A DNA stretch of 64,000 bases from contig NC_135808.1 in assembly GCF_964213995.1 (NCBI RefSeq), forward strand, positions 101,370,001 through 101,434,000. The letters run 5' to 3'. Of the stretch, positions 49,111 through 60,924 are shown one piece after another. The notes under the pieces are model-generated. The model made no database searches and had not been told where the DNA came from. It worked only from the letters and a program-made list of their open reading frames with translations. The translations under genes were made by a program, and so were the position numbers. How positions within the stretch are numbered: position 1 is the first letter of the stretch; each line of letters opens with the position of its first letter. Origin of the DNA: Mustelus asterias (lineage: Eukaryota).

Positions 49111-52100
49111 GAACAGGGACAGGAATGGTTGTTGGAAGTTCCGGGGTATAGATGTTTCAGTAAGAGTGGGGAAGGTGGTAAAAGAGGTGGAGCAGTAGCA
49201 TTGTTAATCAAGGATAGCTTAACAGCTGCAGAAAGGCAGTTCGAGGGGGATCTGCCTACTGAGGTAATATGGGCTGAAGTTAGAAATAGGAAAGGAGCAG
49301 TCACGTTGTTAGGAGTTTTCTATAGGCCCCCAAATAGTAATAGAGATGTGGAGGAAGAAATTGCAAAGCAGATTATGGATAGGTGTGGAGGTCCCAGGGT
49401 AGTTGTCATGAGTGACTTTAACTTTCCAAATATTGATTGGAACTTTTATAGGTCGAATAGTTCGGATGGGGCGGTTTTTGTACAGTGTGTGCAGGAGGGT
49501 TCCGTGACACAATATGTGGATAGGCTGATAAGTGGGGCCACATTGGACTTGATACTGGGAAATGAACCAGGCCAAGTGTTAGATTTGGTTGTGGGAGAGC
49601 ACTTTGGAGATAGTGACCACAATTTGGTGTCTTTCATTATTGCAATGGAGAGGGATAGGGCCTTAAGGCAGGGCAAGGTTTATAATTGGGGGAGGGGTAA
49701 TTATGATGCGATTAGGCAAGAATTAGGGAGCATAAGGTGGGAACAGAAACTGTCAGGGAAAGGCATAAATGAAAAGTAGAACTTGTTCAAGGAACAAATA
49801 CTGCGTGTCCTTGATAGGTATGTCCCTGTCAGGCAGGGAGGAAATGGCCGAGTGAGGGAACCATGGTTCACAAAGGAGGTTGAATGTCTTGACAAGAGGA
49901 AAAAGGAAGCGTATGTAAGGATGAGAAAACAAGGTTCAGTTGGGTCGCTTGAGGGTTACAAGGTAGCAAGGAAGGAGCTAAAAAAAGGGCTCAGGAGAGC
50001 TAGGAGGGGGCACGAGAAGTCCTTGGCGAGTCGGATCAAGGAAAACCCCAAGGCTTTTTACTCTTATGTGAGAAATAAAAGAATGGCCAGAGTGAGGTTA
50101 GGGCCGGTCAAGGATAGTGGTGGGAACTTGTGTATGGAGTCAGAAGAGATAGGAGAGGCGATGAATGAATACTTTTCTTCAGTGTTCACCAAGGAGAGGG
50201 GCCATGTTTTTGAGGATGAGAGTGTGATACAGACTGATAGGCTGGAGGAGGTAGATGTTCTGAGGGAAGATGTATTAGCAATTTTGAAAAACCTGAGGGT
50301 CGATAAGTCCCCTGGGCCAGATGGGATATATCCTAGGATTCTTTGGGAGGCAAGGGATGAGATTGCAGAGCCTTTGGCTTTGATCTTTGGGTCCTCACTG
50401 TCCACGGGGATAGTGCCAGAGGACTGGAGAGTGGCGAATGTTGTTCCTCTGTTTAAGAAAGGAAATAGGAATGACCCTGGTAATTATAGGACGGTTAGTC
50501 TTACTTCAGTAGTCGGTAAGTTAATGGAAAAGGTCCTGAGGGATAGGATTTATGACCATTTGGAAAGAACAAAGAACAATACAGCACAGGAACAGGCCCT
50601 TCGGCCCTCCAAGCCCGCGCCGCTCCCTGGTCCAAACTAGACCATTCTTTTGTATCCCTCCATTCCCACTCCATTCATGTGGCTATCTAGATAAGTTTTA
50701 AACGTTCCCAGTGTGTCCGCCTCCACCACCTTGCCCGGCAGCGCATTCCAGGCCCCCACCACCCTCTGTGTAAAATACGTCCTTCTGATATCCGTGTTAA
50801 ACCTCCCCCCCTCACCTTGAACCTGTGACCCCTCGTGAACGTCACCACCGACCTGGGAAAAAGCTTCCCACCGTTCACCCTATCTATGCCTTTCATAATT
50901 TTATACACCTCTATTAGGTCACCCCTCATCCTCCGTCTTTCCAGTGAGAACAACCCCAGTTTACCCAATCTCTCCTCATAACTAAACCCTTCCATACCAG
51001 GCAGCATCCTGGTAAACCTCCTCTGCACTCTCTCTAAAGCCTCCACGTCCTTCTGGTAGTGTGGCGACCAGAACTGGGCGCAATATTCCAAATGCAGCCG
51101 AACCAACGTTCTATACAACCGCAACATCAGACCCCAACTTTTATACTCTATGCCCCGTCCTATAAAGAGGCAGCTTAATCCGGGATAGTCAACACAGATT
51201 CGTGAAGGGTAAGTCTTGCCTCACAAATTTGATTGAATTCTTTGAGGAGGTAACTAAGTGTGTGATGAAGGTAGAGCAGTTGATGTTGTATATATGGATT
51301 TTAGTAAGGCGTTTGATAAGGTTCCCCATGGTCGGCTCATGAAGAAAGTAAGGAGGTGTGGGATAGAGGGAAATTTGGCCAATTGGATAAGTAACTGGCT
51401 ATCTCATAGAAGACAGAGGGTGGTGGTGGATGGAAAATTTTCAGACTGGAGACCAGTTACCAACGGTGTAGCACAGGGATCAGTGCTGGGTCCTCTGCTA
51501 TTTGTGATTTTTATCAATGACTTGGAGGAGGGGGCTGAAGGGTGGGTGGGTCAGTAAATTTGCTGATGACACCAAGATTGGTGGAGTAGTGGATGAGGTG
51601 GAGGGCTGTTGTAGGCTTGATAGGATGCAGAGCTGGGCCGAAAAATGGCAGATGGAGTTTAACCCTGATAAGTGCGAGGTGATTCATTTTGGTAGGACAA
51701 ATTTGAATGCGGATTACAGGGTCAAAGGCAGGGTCTGAGGAATGTGGAGGAACAGAGAGATCTTGGGGTTCATATCCACAGATCTCTGAAGGTTGCCACT
51801 CAAGTGGATAGAGCCGTGAAGAAGGCCTATCGTGTGTAAGCGTTTATTAACAGGGGGTTTGAGTTTAAGAGCCGTGGGGTTATGCTACAACTGTACAGGA
51901 CCTTGGTGAGACCACATTTGGAATATTGTGTGCAGTTCTGGTCACCTCACTATAAGAAGGATGTGGAAGCATTGGAGAGAGTGCAGAGGAGATTTACCAG
52001 GGTGCTGCCTGGTTTGGAGGGTAGGTCTTATGAGGAAAGGTTGAGGGAGCTAGGGCTTTTCTCTTTAGAGCGGAGGAAGATGAGAGGCGACTTAATAGAG

Positions 52101-52449
52101 GTTTATAAGATGATGAAGAGGATAGATAGAGTGGACGTTCAGAGACTATTTCCTCGGGTGGATGTAGCTGTTACTAGGGGGCATAACTATAAGGTTCATG
52201 GTGGGAGATATAGGAGGGATGTCCGAGGTAGGTTCTTTACTCTGAGAGTGGTTGGGGTGTGGAATGGACTGCCTGCTGTGATAGTGGTGTCGGACACTTT
52301 AGGAACTTTCAAGCGGTTATTGGATAGGCACATGGAGCACACCAGAATGATAGGGAGTGGGATAGCTTGATCTTGGTTTCGGACAAAACTCGACACAACA
52401 TCGAGGGCCGAAGGGCCTGTACTGTGCTGTACTGTTCTATGTTCTATGT
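49111..52449 (+). mobile_element. Long CR1 LINE (APE plus RT, disrupted), host of a nested antisense CR1
   Basis: GGAVALLIK, YRPP, SDFNFP, SDH (APE); KSPGPDG, DFSKAFD, FADD; TSD aagcc at 49106-49110 and 52450-52454. Confidence 0.95.
50569..51163 (-). mobile_element. Nested 5'-truncated CR1
   Basis: ORF 50687-51127; aaaga at both junctions (50564-50568, 51164-51168); same subfamily as 3046. Confidence 0.93.
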
Positions 52450-52487
52450 AAGCCAGTGCTTTTGGAAAACCTCTATTGGGGTCGATA

Positions 52488-52532
52488 TAATGTGGAGGTG
52501 TTGGCGTTGGACTGGGGTGGGCACAGTAAGAA
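52488..52532 (-). mobile_element. Isolated Penelope family A tail
   Basis: ATGTGGAGGTGTTGGCGTTGGACTGGGGTGGGCACAGTAAGAA. Confidence 0.7.
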
Positions 52533-53641
52533 AGTTGAGTGAGAGATTGAGGTGATGATACAAATATCAGTGTGCTTTTCCTGCTTAGGTCACTGAGTTG
52601 CTTCCTGCACTGAATTCAAAAGCACCGTCCATCGTGCACCCACTCCAGCTGCCTCAACATGCATGAGTTGGGTGTTCCTTTAAATAGTGGAGTTGAAATC
52701 CTGTCCTGTAAAGCATCATCATATCTGCTTGATGCTTATTCTTTGGGAAGCCCAGTAATTAATATTTTGATGCAGTGGCTGGGTTTAAACACCAGTGACA
52801 GATGGGCCTCACCGATTCCCAGGTTTTACATGCATATTCAGGCATCATGCCCACTTACTGCCCAGTGTGCCCGCACACGAACAACCGGTCCAGCAATTCT
52901 CAGTTTGCTGATGTTCATTTGTGTGGTCAACTAAACTTATCCATAAAGCGCACCCGCTAATTCTTTTTTTAAGAACTATTTAACCTTGAGATGAATGATT
53001 GGTTCAGGAAAATTAAAATTTCCAGAAGCTATTTGTTAAAAAATGTTGCACCATTGTAATGCTGAAATGAACTCTAATAAAGTAACATTAGTCAAATGTG
53101 AGCAACTGTAAATATTTTACACTCTTCCCTTTCATATCGATTCTTTCTTCTTCCCAATTCATTTATTCTGTTCCACATGATACTCTACCAAACTTCAACA
53201 CTTTGTGTTTTGTCATGTCAGTGTGTTAAAATATTCTCTGGAATGTGGATATGAATCCGTCTCAAGCTGATGTAATGAAAGTTTCCTTTCTTTGCTGACT
53301 GCACGAGTCCCCAGTGAAATGTGTTTGGATAGGTTCACGGAAGCTGCAGACGAGTTTGTGTACACATTACAAAATGCCTCACAATTTGACACCAGATTGA
53401 TAGTCTCACTCAGAGGTCATAAGCAGAGATGGTTGTAAGTGAGAAAAATGCACAGCATGTATAGGGGACATTTTTATGAGCAATGATCAGTGTACATCCA
53501 GCACTACTTTACATTAAGTCTCTGCAAAAAGTAATTCATTGTCTGCGAAGTCCTTTGGACATGGAAGGCATTATATAAAGGCAAGCTCCGAGCCATTCTC
53601 GTTGTGTACCAGCCATGGTTCAGTTGGTAGAAGTCTCACCT

Positions 53642-54100
53642 CTTTCATGGTGTGTGGGTGTCGCTGGCTAGGCCAGCATTTCTTGCCCATCCCTAATTGC
53701 CCTTCAGAGAGTGGTGGTGAGCTGCTTTCTTGAACCACTGCAGTCCATGTAGTGTAGATACACCTACAATGCTGTTCGGGAGGAAGTTCCAAGATTTTGA
53801 CCCAGCACAGTGAAGGAATGATGATATATGTCCAAGTTAGGATGGTGAGCAACTTGGAGGGGAACTTGCAGATGGTGGCATTCCTATATGTTTGCCGTCC
53901 TCGTCCTTCTAGATGGTAATATTTGTGGGTTTGGAAGGTGCAGCTGAAGGAGTATTGAAGTGCTCCGACTGTAGATCTTGTAGATGGTACACACTGCTGC
54001 CACTGTTCGCTGGTGGTGGAGGCAGTGAATGTTTGTGGAAGGGGCAGCAAACAAGCAGGCTGCATTGTCCTGGATGCTGTCAAGCTTCTTGACTGTTGTT
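53642..54100 (-). mobile_element. CR1/L2-group LINE 3' fragment (non-HER1)
   Basis: Matches 59515-60225 including the AGGGCAATTAGGGATGGGCAA tail. Confidence 0.8.
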
Positions 54101-55315
54101 GGTTCAAGTCCTACTCCAGGAACTGAGCACCAAAAATCAAGACTGACATTCCAATGAAGTACTGACTGAGTGCTACACTGTCAGATGTGCTATCTCTCAA
54201 ATGAAATGAGATTTTAGCTACAAGGCTAGGCTGGAAATACTGGTGTTGATCTTCTTGTGACAAAGGAGATTTGACAAAGGTGTTTAAGATTATGATGGGT
54301 TTGGATCAGGTATGCAAGAAAAAACTGTTCCCGTGAGCTTGTGGTACAAGAACTAGAAGACACAGATTTAAGGTTTTGGGCAAGAGATGCAGGGAAGACA
54401 TAAGGAAGATCTTTTTATACAGCAGCTGGTAATGGCCTGGAACTCACTGCCCTTGAGGGTGGTGGAAGCAGAGATGATCAAAGATTTCAAAGGTAAATTA
54501 AATGGACAATTGAAAGTAATAAACTTGCAGAGTGACAGGCATAGCACAGGGGAATGAGATGATTGGACTAATTTATGAAGAGACTGGCTGGGCTGAATGG
54601 CTTCCTTTTTACTGTAAATGACACTCTGAATCTATGATTCAATGTTAGACCAAGACCTTGTCTACCATCTCAGGTAGATATAAAGATAGCTTACATGACA
54701 GGTACTTAGAAGAAGAACAGAGGAGTTATCCTGGTGTCCTGACCAATATTTATTCCTCAAACAAAATCACAAAACAGATTATCTGGTCATTATCACATTG
54801 CTGTTTGTGGGAGCTTGCTATGCATAAATTAGCTGCCATCGTTTCTATATGGACGGCACGATGGTACAGTGGTTAGAAATGTTGCCTCACAGGGACTCGG
54901 GTTCGATTCCAGCCTCAGGTGAGTGTATGGAATTTGCACATTCTCCTCATGTCTGTGTGGGTTTCTTCCGGGTGCTCAGGCTTCCTCCCACAGTCCAAAA
55001 ATGTGCAGGTTAGGTGGATTGGCCATGGTAAATCGTCCCTTCATGTCCAAAGATGTGTAGAATAGGTGGATTAGCCATGGTAAATGCACGGGGTTACAGG
55101 GATAGGATGGAGGGGAAGGCCTTGGTAGGATGCTCTTTTGGAGAATTGATGCAGACTTGATGGGCCGAATGGTCTCTTTTTGCACTGTAGGGAGGCTATT
55201 GTTCTACGTTATTACAACACTGACTATACTTGAAAAGAATTTCATTGGCTGTAAAGCTCGTTTGGGTATCTGGTAATTATGAAAGGTGCTATATAAATGT
55301 AATTGTTTTTATTTT
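54100..55315 (+). mobile_element. DeuSINE (SacSINE1-like) split by a CR1 fragment (about 54210-54640) and an HE1 SINE
   Basis: Segments 54100-54208, 54641-54850 and 55210-55315 join: GGTTCAAGTCC head, TCTGGTCATTATCACATTGCTGTTTGTGGGAGCTTGC core, GAAAGGTGCTATATAAATG tail. Confidence 0.75.
54851..55207 (+). mobile_element. HE1-type V-SINE
   Basis: Head, V-domain, tail. Confidence 0.88.
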
Positions 55316-55874
55316 AGCTTCTCTTTCTGAATTCTAATCAGTCCAATCTTATGAAATTGGCCCAGAAACTGGATTAGGGCATATAGCTTACAAATGCTTA
55401 ACATTTTCACCTGAAGTTCCTATCCCTCATAGCAGAAGCAGGAATGTGTTTTTTAATTTTAAATAGTTTAGCACTGCCACTGAAGTTAAAGAGGGAAACA
55501 TTTCAGATAAATATGTGAGATGTTCACATTCTAGTAATCCAGGACATTGTTTCAGGCCTTTTCATTTTCCAGCCTGTCAGTGCTGCAGCGTAAAGTGCCC
55601 CAAGAGCATGATTTTATGCAACATGCAAAGGGACCATTCGTAGTACCATATAATAGTTTATTAAGGATTTATAGTGAAATTTTGCACTTAAAGAAATGGC
55701 CATTGGCGATAGTTCTGTTCCATGTTACAGTGCAAGCCAACAAAGGCACTTTGAGGGATTAAGTGTCTTTTGAGGCATATTAGTGCCAGCTACCCTTTAT
55801 TCATTTCGATCCAGGTTGAAAGGGGACAAAGGCCCCAATATTTATGGGGAGGCATGGGAGAGTGTAAGGGACTA

Positions 55875-56212
55875 ATTCATTTTAATTCATCCTTGGCACA
55901 TGGGTGTCACTGGCTGGCCAACATTTATTGCCCATCCCTAGTTGCCCTTGTTCAGGGTGGCTGTGGAGTCACATGTAGTCCAGACCGGATGAGGACGGCA
56001 GATTTCCTTCCCTAAAGGACATTAGTGAACCAGATGGGTTTTTCCGACAATCGACAATGGTTTCGTGATCATCAGTAGATTCTTAATTCCAGATATTTTT
56101 CATTGAATTCAAATTCCACCACCTGCAGTGGCAGGATTCGAACGCGGGTCCCCAGAACATTAGCTGAGTTTCTGGATCAATAATCTAGTGATAATACCAC
56201 TAGGCCATCACC
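55875..56212 (-). mobile_element. MetaSINE-like SINE
   Basis: Near full-length reverse copy of 18365-18748. Confidence 0.8.
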
Positions 56213-57006
56213 TTTCCCATGAAGACAGCTGAGGAACCCAGCAAAGGGAAGTAATAATCTGAAAGTAACAACAAGGCTGCATTTTCATTTTTATCTTGCA
56301 TTCCCAGCCAGATATAGCCCGGCTGTTTGCCACATGGGATAACCAACAGCAGGAGGTCGGCACCCTTAGTGCCAGTCCTGAACAGGAAAACATTCCCCAT
56401 TTTCTCATTTACTTAAAAAAAGAGCCTGCCTCCAGTTACCCTCTAACACTTGTCATGAGGAGAAGTGATATATTAAAAAAATCTATTTGAATTGACTTGG
56501 AGATATCTAATTCCCCTCCTGGAGTTCGTGTATTGGTGCAATTCGGAATCTCTCCAAATTTGGCTCTGACCAACTGAAGACCTTATCCCGGCGGAAGGTG
56601 ACTTTCTGATCAATTGCATTCTTTTCCCTCTGTTGAAAGATTGTGCTTTGTAAGACTAGAGCTTTTGCATAGGAAAGAGATTTTCTGATGCCTGCTTAAG
56701 CTGTTAAAGGTTATCAATCTTGTTGGTGAAGAGTATATAAATACAGATGTTCCTACTTCGAGCGCAATGTTTGAACTTTCTGCCATGTAAGCAAATTCCA
56801 CTGGCATTCTGAATTGAAGGGCTGCGAGCCCCACGATAACTGTTACAAGTTTCAGAGCAGTCCACATGTTGTTGGTCAGGGTCCCAGATGCCAGGAAATA
56901 ATCAAACATTTGTGGTGAATCCCGCACTAAAACAAATGAGTCGTAAATCACCCTGTGTCTCATAGGTTGGGAATATTTCTTCAACCAGCCAACCGTGAAT
57001 TCCCTG

Positions 57007-57175
57007 AAACAACATACTGCGGACGCTGGGAATCTAAAAAATAAAAGCAAATATTGCTGGAAAAAGCTAGCAGGTCAGGTCAGGCAGCATCTGCAGAGAG
57101 AAACAGCATACGTTAACTCTGTTTCTCTCCACAGATACTGCTCGTCTTGCTGAGTTTTTCCAGTATTTTGTCTTC
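57007..57175. mobile_element. Penelope family B hairpin remnant
   Basis: Inverted pLTR ends (GCATCTGCAGAGAGAAACAG / CTGTTTCTCTCCACAGATAC) meeting near CGTTAAC. Confidence 0.7.
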
Positions 57176-57727
57176 TTAACTATGAATTCAATTCACCTAC
57201 AATGACACATGGTTTACCTTCCAATAGTAGTTTTTGCTGAACAATATGCAATTGTGTTTTTCCCATTTTTTCAGCAACTTCCTTTCTGATTCTCTCAAGA
57301 ATATTTTTGTGTACCTTTCTCATTCCAGAAATTTGGAATTGTCCATCATTTCCACACACCACTGGGACACAAATTTAACACTGCTGAACCCACTTTACAG
57401 CTTAAATTATGCACAGTTGTAACTCACTTCATTGTCGGATGGCCTATTCCCAATTACCACATCTGGGCCACTGATAAATTATTTGTGTGACTCATTTTTC
57501 AGTCATCCCTGATGTTCTATCTGGTCATTTGAAATTCATACCAATATTAACCGTTTTTAAAAATTTGACTCAAATACCAATAGGAATTAGGCATATGCTG
57601 AGAGATGTTTTCTGATAGGTGAGCATGTTTTGATATTCATGATGTGGAGATGCCGGCGTTGGACTGGGGTAGCCACAGTAAGTAGTCTCACAACACCAGG
57701 TTAAAGTCCAACAGGTGTATTTGGTAG

Positions 57728-57762
57728 CACAAGCTTTCAGAGCGCTGCTCCTTCATCAGGTG
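57728..57762 (-). ncRNA. Minimal type I hammerhead ribozyme
   Basis: cac CUGAUGA A GGAGC agc GCUCU GAAA GC UU gug. Confidence 0.75.
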
Positions 57763-57763
57763 A

Positions 57764-57800
57764 CACATCTGATGAAGGGGCAACGCACTGAAAGCTCGTG
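57764..57800 (+). ncRNA. Minimal hammerhead motif (stems partly decayed)
   Basis: cacau CUGAUGA AGGGGCAACGCACU GAAA GC UC gug. Confidence 0.55.
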
Positions 57801-57867
57801 CTACCAAATAAACCTGTTGGACTTTAACCTGATGTTGTGAGACTACTTACTGTTTTGATACTGGAAT

Positions 57868-58330
57868 TTATAGAATGATACTGCAAAGAAGGAGGCCATT
57901 TGACCCATATTGCCTTTTGTAGCACTGGCTAGTTAATCCCACTCCCCTTCTCTTTCCCCTTTGCCATGCAATCTTTTCCCATTCAAGCATTTATCAGATT
58001 CTCTATTGAATCTGCTTGTTTCCGTCATTCCCTCAGGCATAATAACTTGCTGCGCAAAAATATCATATCACATCTGAGTTCTTTCATCAATCTCTTTAAA
58101 TCTGTGTTCCCTACTTAGAGGCCCTTCTTAAAACTTTAAAATTATTTTCCAAAACATGCTCTTTCAAATAATTTCATGATTTTGGACAACTTTAGCAAGA
58201 CACCTTTTGACCTCCCCTGCTCTAATTTCTCCAGTCTCTCCACACAGCTTAAGTCCTCCATTTTCTTTTCAATTCATGCGATTTTAGCATTGCCACCAAG
58301 GCCAGGATTTATTCCCCATGTTAATGCCTT
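57868..58330 (-). mobile_element. Very old CR1 3' remnant
   Basis: ATAGAATGATACTGCAAAGAAGGAGGCCATTTG tail-type start, decayed interior. Confidence 0.5.
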
Positions 58331-58694
58331 TAAATATCAAGTGGAGATAGCTAGGTTCTCCTTGACTGACATGGAATCCCTGCAGCGATGCCCTCGGGTT
58401 TAAATAATTGGCACAACCTTCTTTCTTTCTGCTGGACATGACTCCAGTCAGTGGAGAGTTTCCCACTGATTCCAATTGACTTCAATTTTTTAAAACATCA
58501 CTTACTCCATCCTTAAAGTTACAAAGCCAATGCTCGGAGTGGACCGGGCAAACCCAAATCCATTCCTTGCTTGCTCCAAAAACCAAATTCAAAATCCAAT
58601 TGAATCCAATTTAATGTCCCCACAAGCGAGACAAACCAGATCCAAGCTGACAAGATAAAGCATTGCACCACATCTTGGGCTTGATCTGACACTT

Positions 58695-58821
58695 GGGGCA
58701 GGATTTTCTTTCTGCATTCACCCCAGAGCTGGAAAATCCCATCCGAGATCAACGGATCTCTGCATGGTCCGTGTCCCATTACTACGATTCCCATGGCAGG
58801 TGGGACGGGAACTTTTTGCCC
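58695..58821. mobile_element. ~125-bp MITE-like element
   Basis: GGGCAGGATTTT..TTTTTGCCC ends; same family as 46155. Confidence 0.6.
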
Positions 58822-59514
58822 TTCATCTTAATATCCACATGTACGATTCTCAATAGTAAGTGTAACTGGATGGAGAGTAGGCTAAGGAACTTTCATTCAA
58901 TCCCTCAATCCCAGCCTATAACCCAGAGATGCTGAAACCAACTGCAGCTCCTCTAATATGCCCAGGTTGAGATTAACTAACAGAGCAGGAATTGAATAAT
59001 AACCTTGCAAAATGACAGAAAGTAAAAGAGTAGCTGCTCTAATAAATCTTCTTCTATACTGTCATGGTGCAGCCTTTACACATGACCCCCACTCGTTTGC
59101 AACTTTCCAGATCTTTACATAGAAACAAAATCAACGTTTACATATTGCCACATGGGTTTCAAGAACCAAGCAGTTGGTCTTTTCTTAATGTATTTTCTTA
59201 TGGACTTTTGAACTTTTGTTTTTCTAAAATGTTTTTTGAGTTTGATTTGTTGAAAATATAGAATTATTGTTAATGGGACCCAACCATTCAGTTGTCATCA
59301 CTTAATTTGCTTTTGTGAACCTTTTTGAAATGAAATTGTTCAATTCTGTGTGTACCAGGTTTATTGCGGTGTGAGTTAAACCCGAGCTTTTAACTCTATT
59401 TGCTGTATGTTCATGACTGCTTGGCTGTGGGCAAAGCTGGAGATGTGGGGCTGAACTAGGGTTTGAGGGATCCTTCCAAGAAAAGTTTGGAACTGAGATT
59501 CCATTTATGTACTT

Positions 59515-60225
59515 TTTAAAAAATTCATTTGTGGGACATGGGTGTCGCTGGCTGGCCAGCATTTATTGTCCATCCCTAGTTGCCCTTGAGAAGGTGGTGG
59601 TGAGCTGCCATCTTGAATCGCTGCAGTCCATGTGCTGTGGTTTGCCCCACAATGGCGTTAGGGAGGGAATTCCAAGACTTTGATCCAGCAACTGTGAAGG
59701 AATGGTGATATATTTCCAAGCCAGATCAGTGAGTGGCTTGGAGGGGAACTTGCAGGTGGTGGTGTTCCCATGCATCTGCTGCCCTTGTCCTTCTAGATGG
59801 AAGTGGTCGTGGGTTTGGAAGGTGCTGTCTAAGGATCTTTGGTTAATTGCTGCAGTGCATCCTGTAGATAGTACACACTGCTGCTACTGAGCATCAGCGG
59901 TGGAGGGATTGAATGTTTGTAGATGTGGTGCCCATCGAGCAGGCTGCTTTTTCCTGGGTGGTGTCAAGCTCCTTGAGTGTTGTTGGAGCTGCACCAATCC
60001 AAGCAATTGGGGAGTATTCCATCACACTCCTGACTTGTGTCTTGTGGATGGTGGATAGGCTTTGGGGAGTCAGGAGGTGAGTTACTCGTCGCAGTATTCC
60101 TAGCCTCTGACCTGCTCTTGTAGCCACTGTGTTTATGTGGCAAGTCCAGTTGAGTTTCTGGTCAATGGTAACCCCAAGGATGTTGCCAGTGGGGGATTCA
60201 GTGATAGTAACACCATTGAATGTCA
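59515..60225 (-). mobile_element. CR1/L2-group LINE 3' fragment (non-HER1)
   Basis: ATRAGQRLGILRRVTHLLTPQSLSTIHKTQVRSVMEYSPIAW (RT thumb/C-terminus) and 3' UTR tail. Confidence 0.85.
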
Positions 60226-60924
60226 GCAGTCTATTGAAAAGATTTGTTATTTACCATATAAAGGGTTCAGTGGTAGGGTGTTTTGAAAAAAATAGTCTTA
60301 TAAACTTTGTGTTTGGGTAAATTATCTAAATGTGAGTATCAGTGAGAGAGTTTTGTGCACTTTGGTAGGTAACATTTAAACTCAGCTGCCAGAAGTGAAG
60401 GACATGAAAAAGTTTCTAAAGAGAAAAAGTAAGAGTTGGTTCAATTCAGACAAGGTTTATTACTGTTGAATGCTTCTTTTCAGTCAATTTTCTTATACAG
60501 TGCCTGTAATGTGAGAGTTTATCTGGTCTGTGGTTTGCATGGAGTTGGCGTCAAACACTGGGTGGAGAAGGGTAAAAGGTTTTAAGTAGGGTGGAACAAA
60601 GGACTCTTGTGGTTCAGTGAATGGTGACATCAAGTTTTTATTTTGATGATGATCTGTACTCTGTCAGGGTATCGGTTTATGCTATAATCCTACAGTTACA
60701 TGTAGGATCAAGGAATCATTAGCCACTAAACTCGGTTGCATAATAAGCGCATGTATTTTCGGCATTACAGGTACCATTTCGTATGCGTAATGACATCGTC
60801 CCATACTTGCTGGCCACCATTTTGGTGAGCCAAAAGTAGCAGAGGGGGCACAGATGATGATATCAGTCAAACATGTTGACATGTTTCTATTGGTGCTATT
60901 TTTAACCCAACGCTTCAACTAATG

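Larger units (their letters stand above)
57636..57850. mobile_element. Penelope family A hairpin mini-element with a hammerhead on each strand
   Basis: About 88-bp inverted arms plus about 39-nt tail; exact TSD tgttttgata at 57626-57635 and 57851-57860. Confidence 0.9.

Noticed and set aside
49783-50640. CR1 ORF with an unusual C-terminus (TKNNTAQEQ..PGPN)
   Set aside because: Read-through into the antisense tail of the nested CR1.
56610-57050. 146-aa minus-strand ORF
   Set aside because: Starts inside a Penelope remnant, has no recognisable domain and no supporting splice structure.
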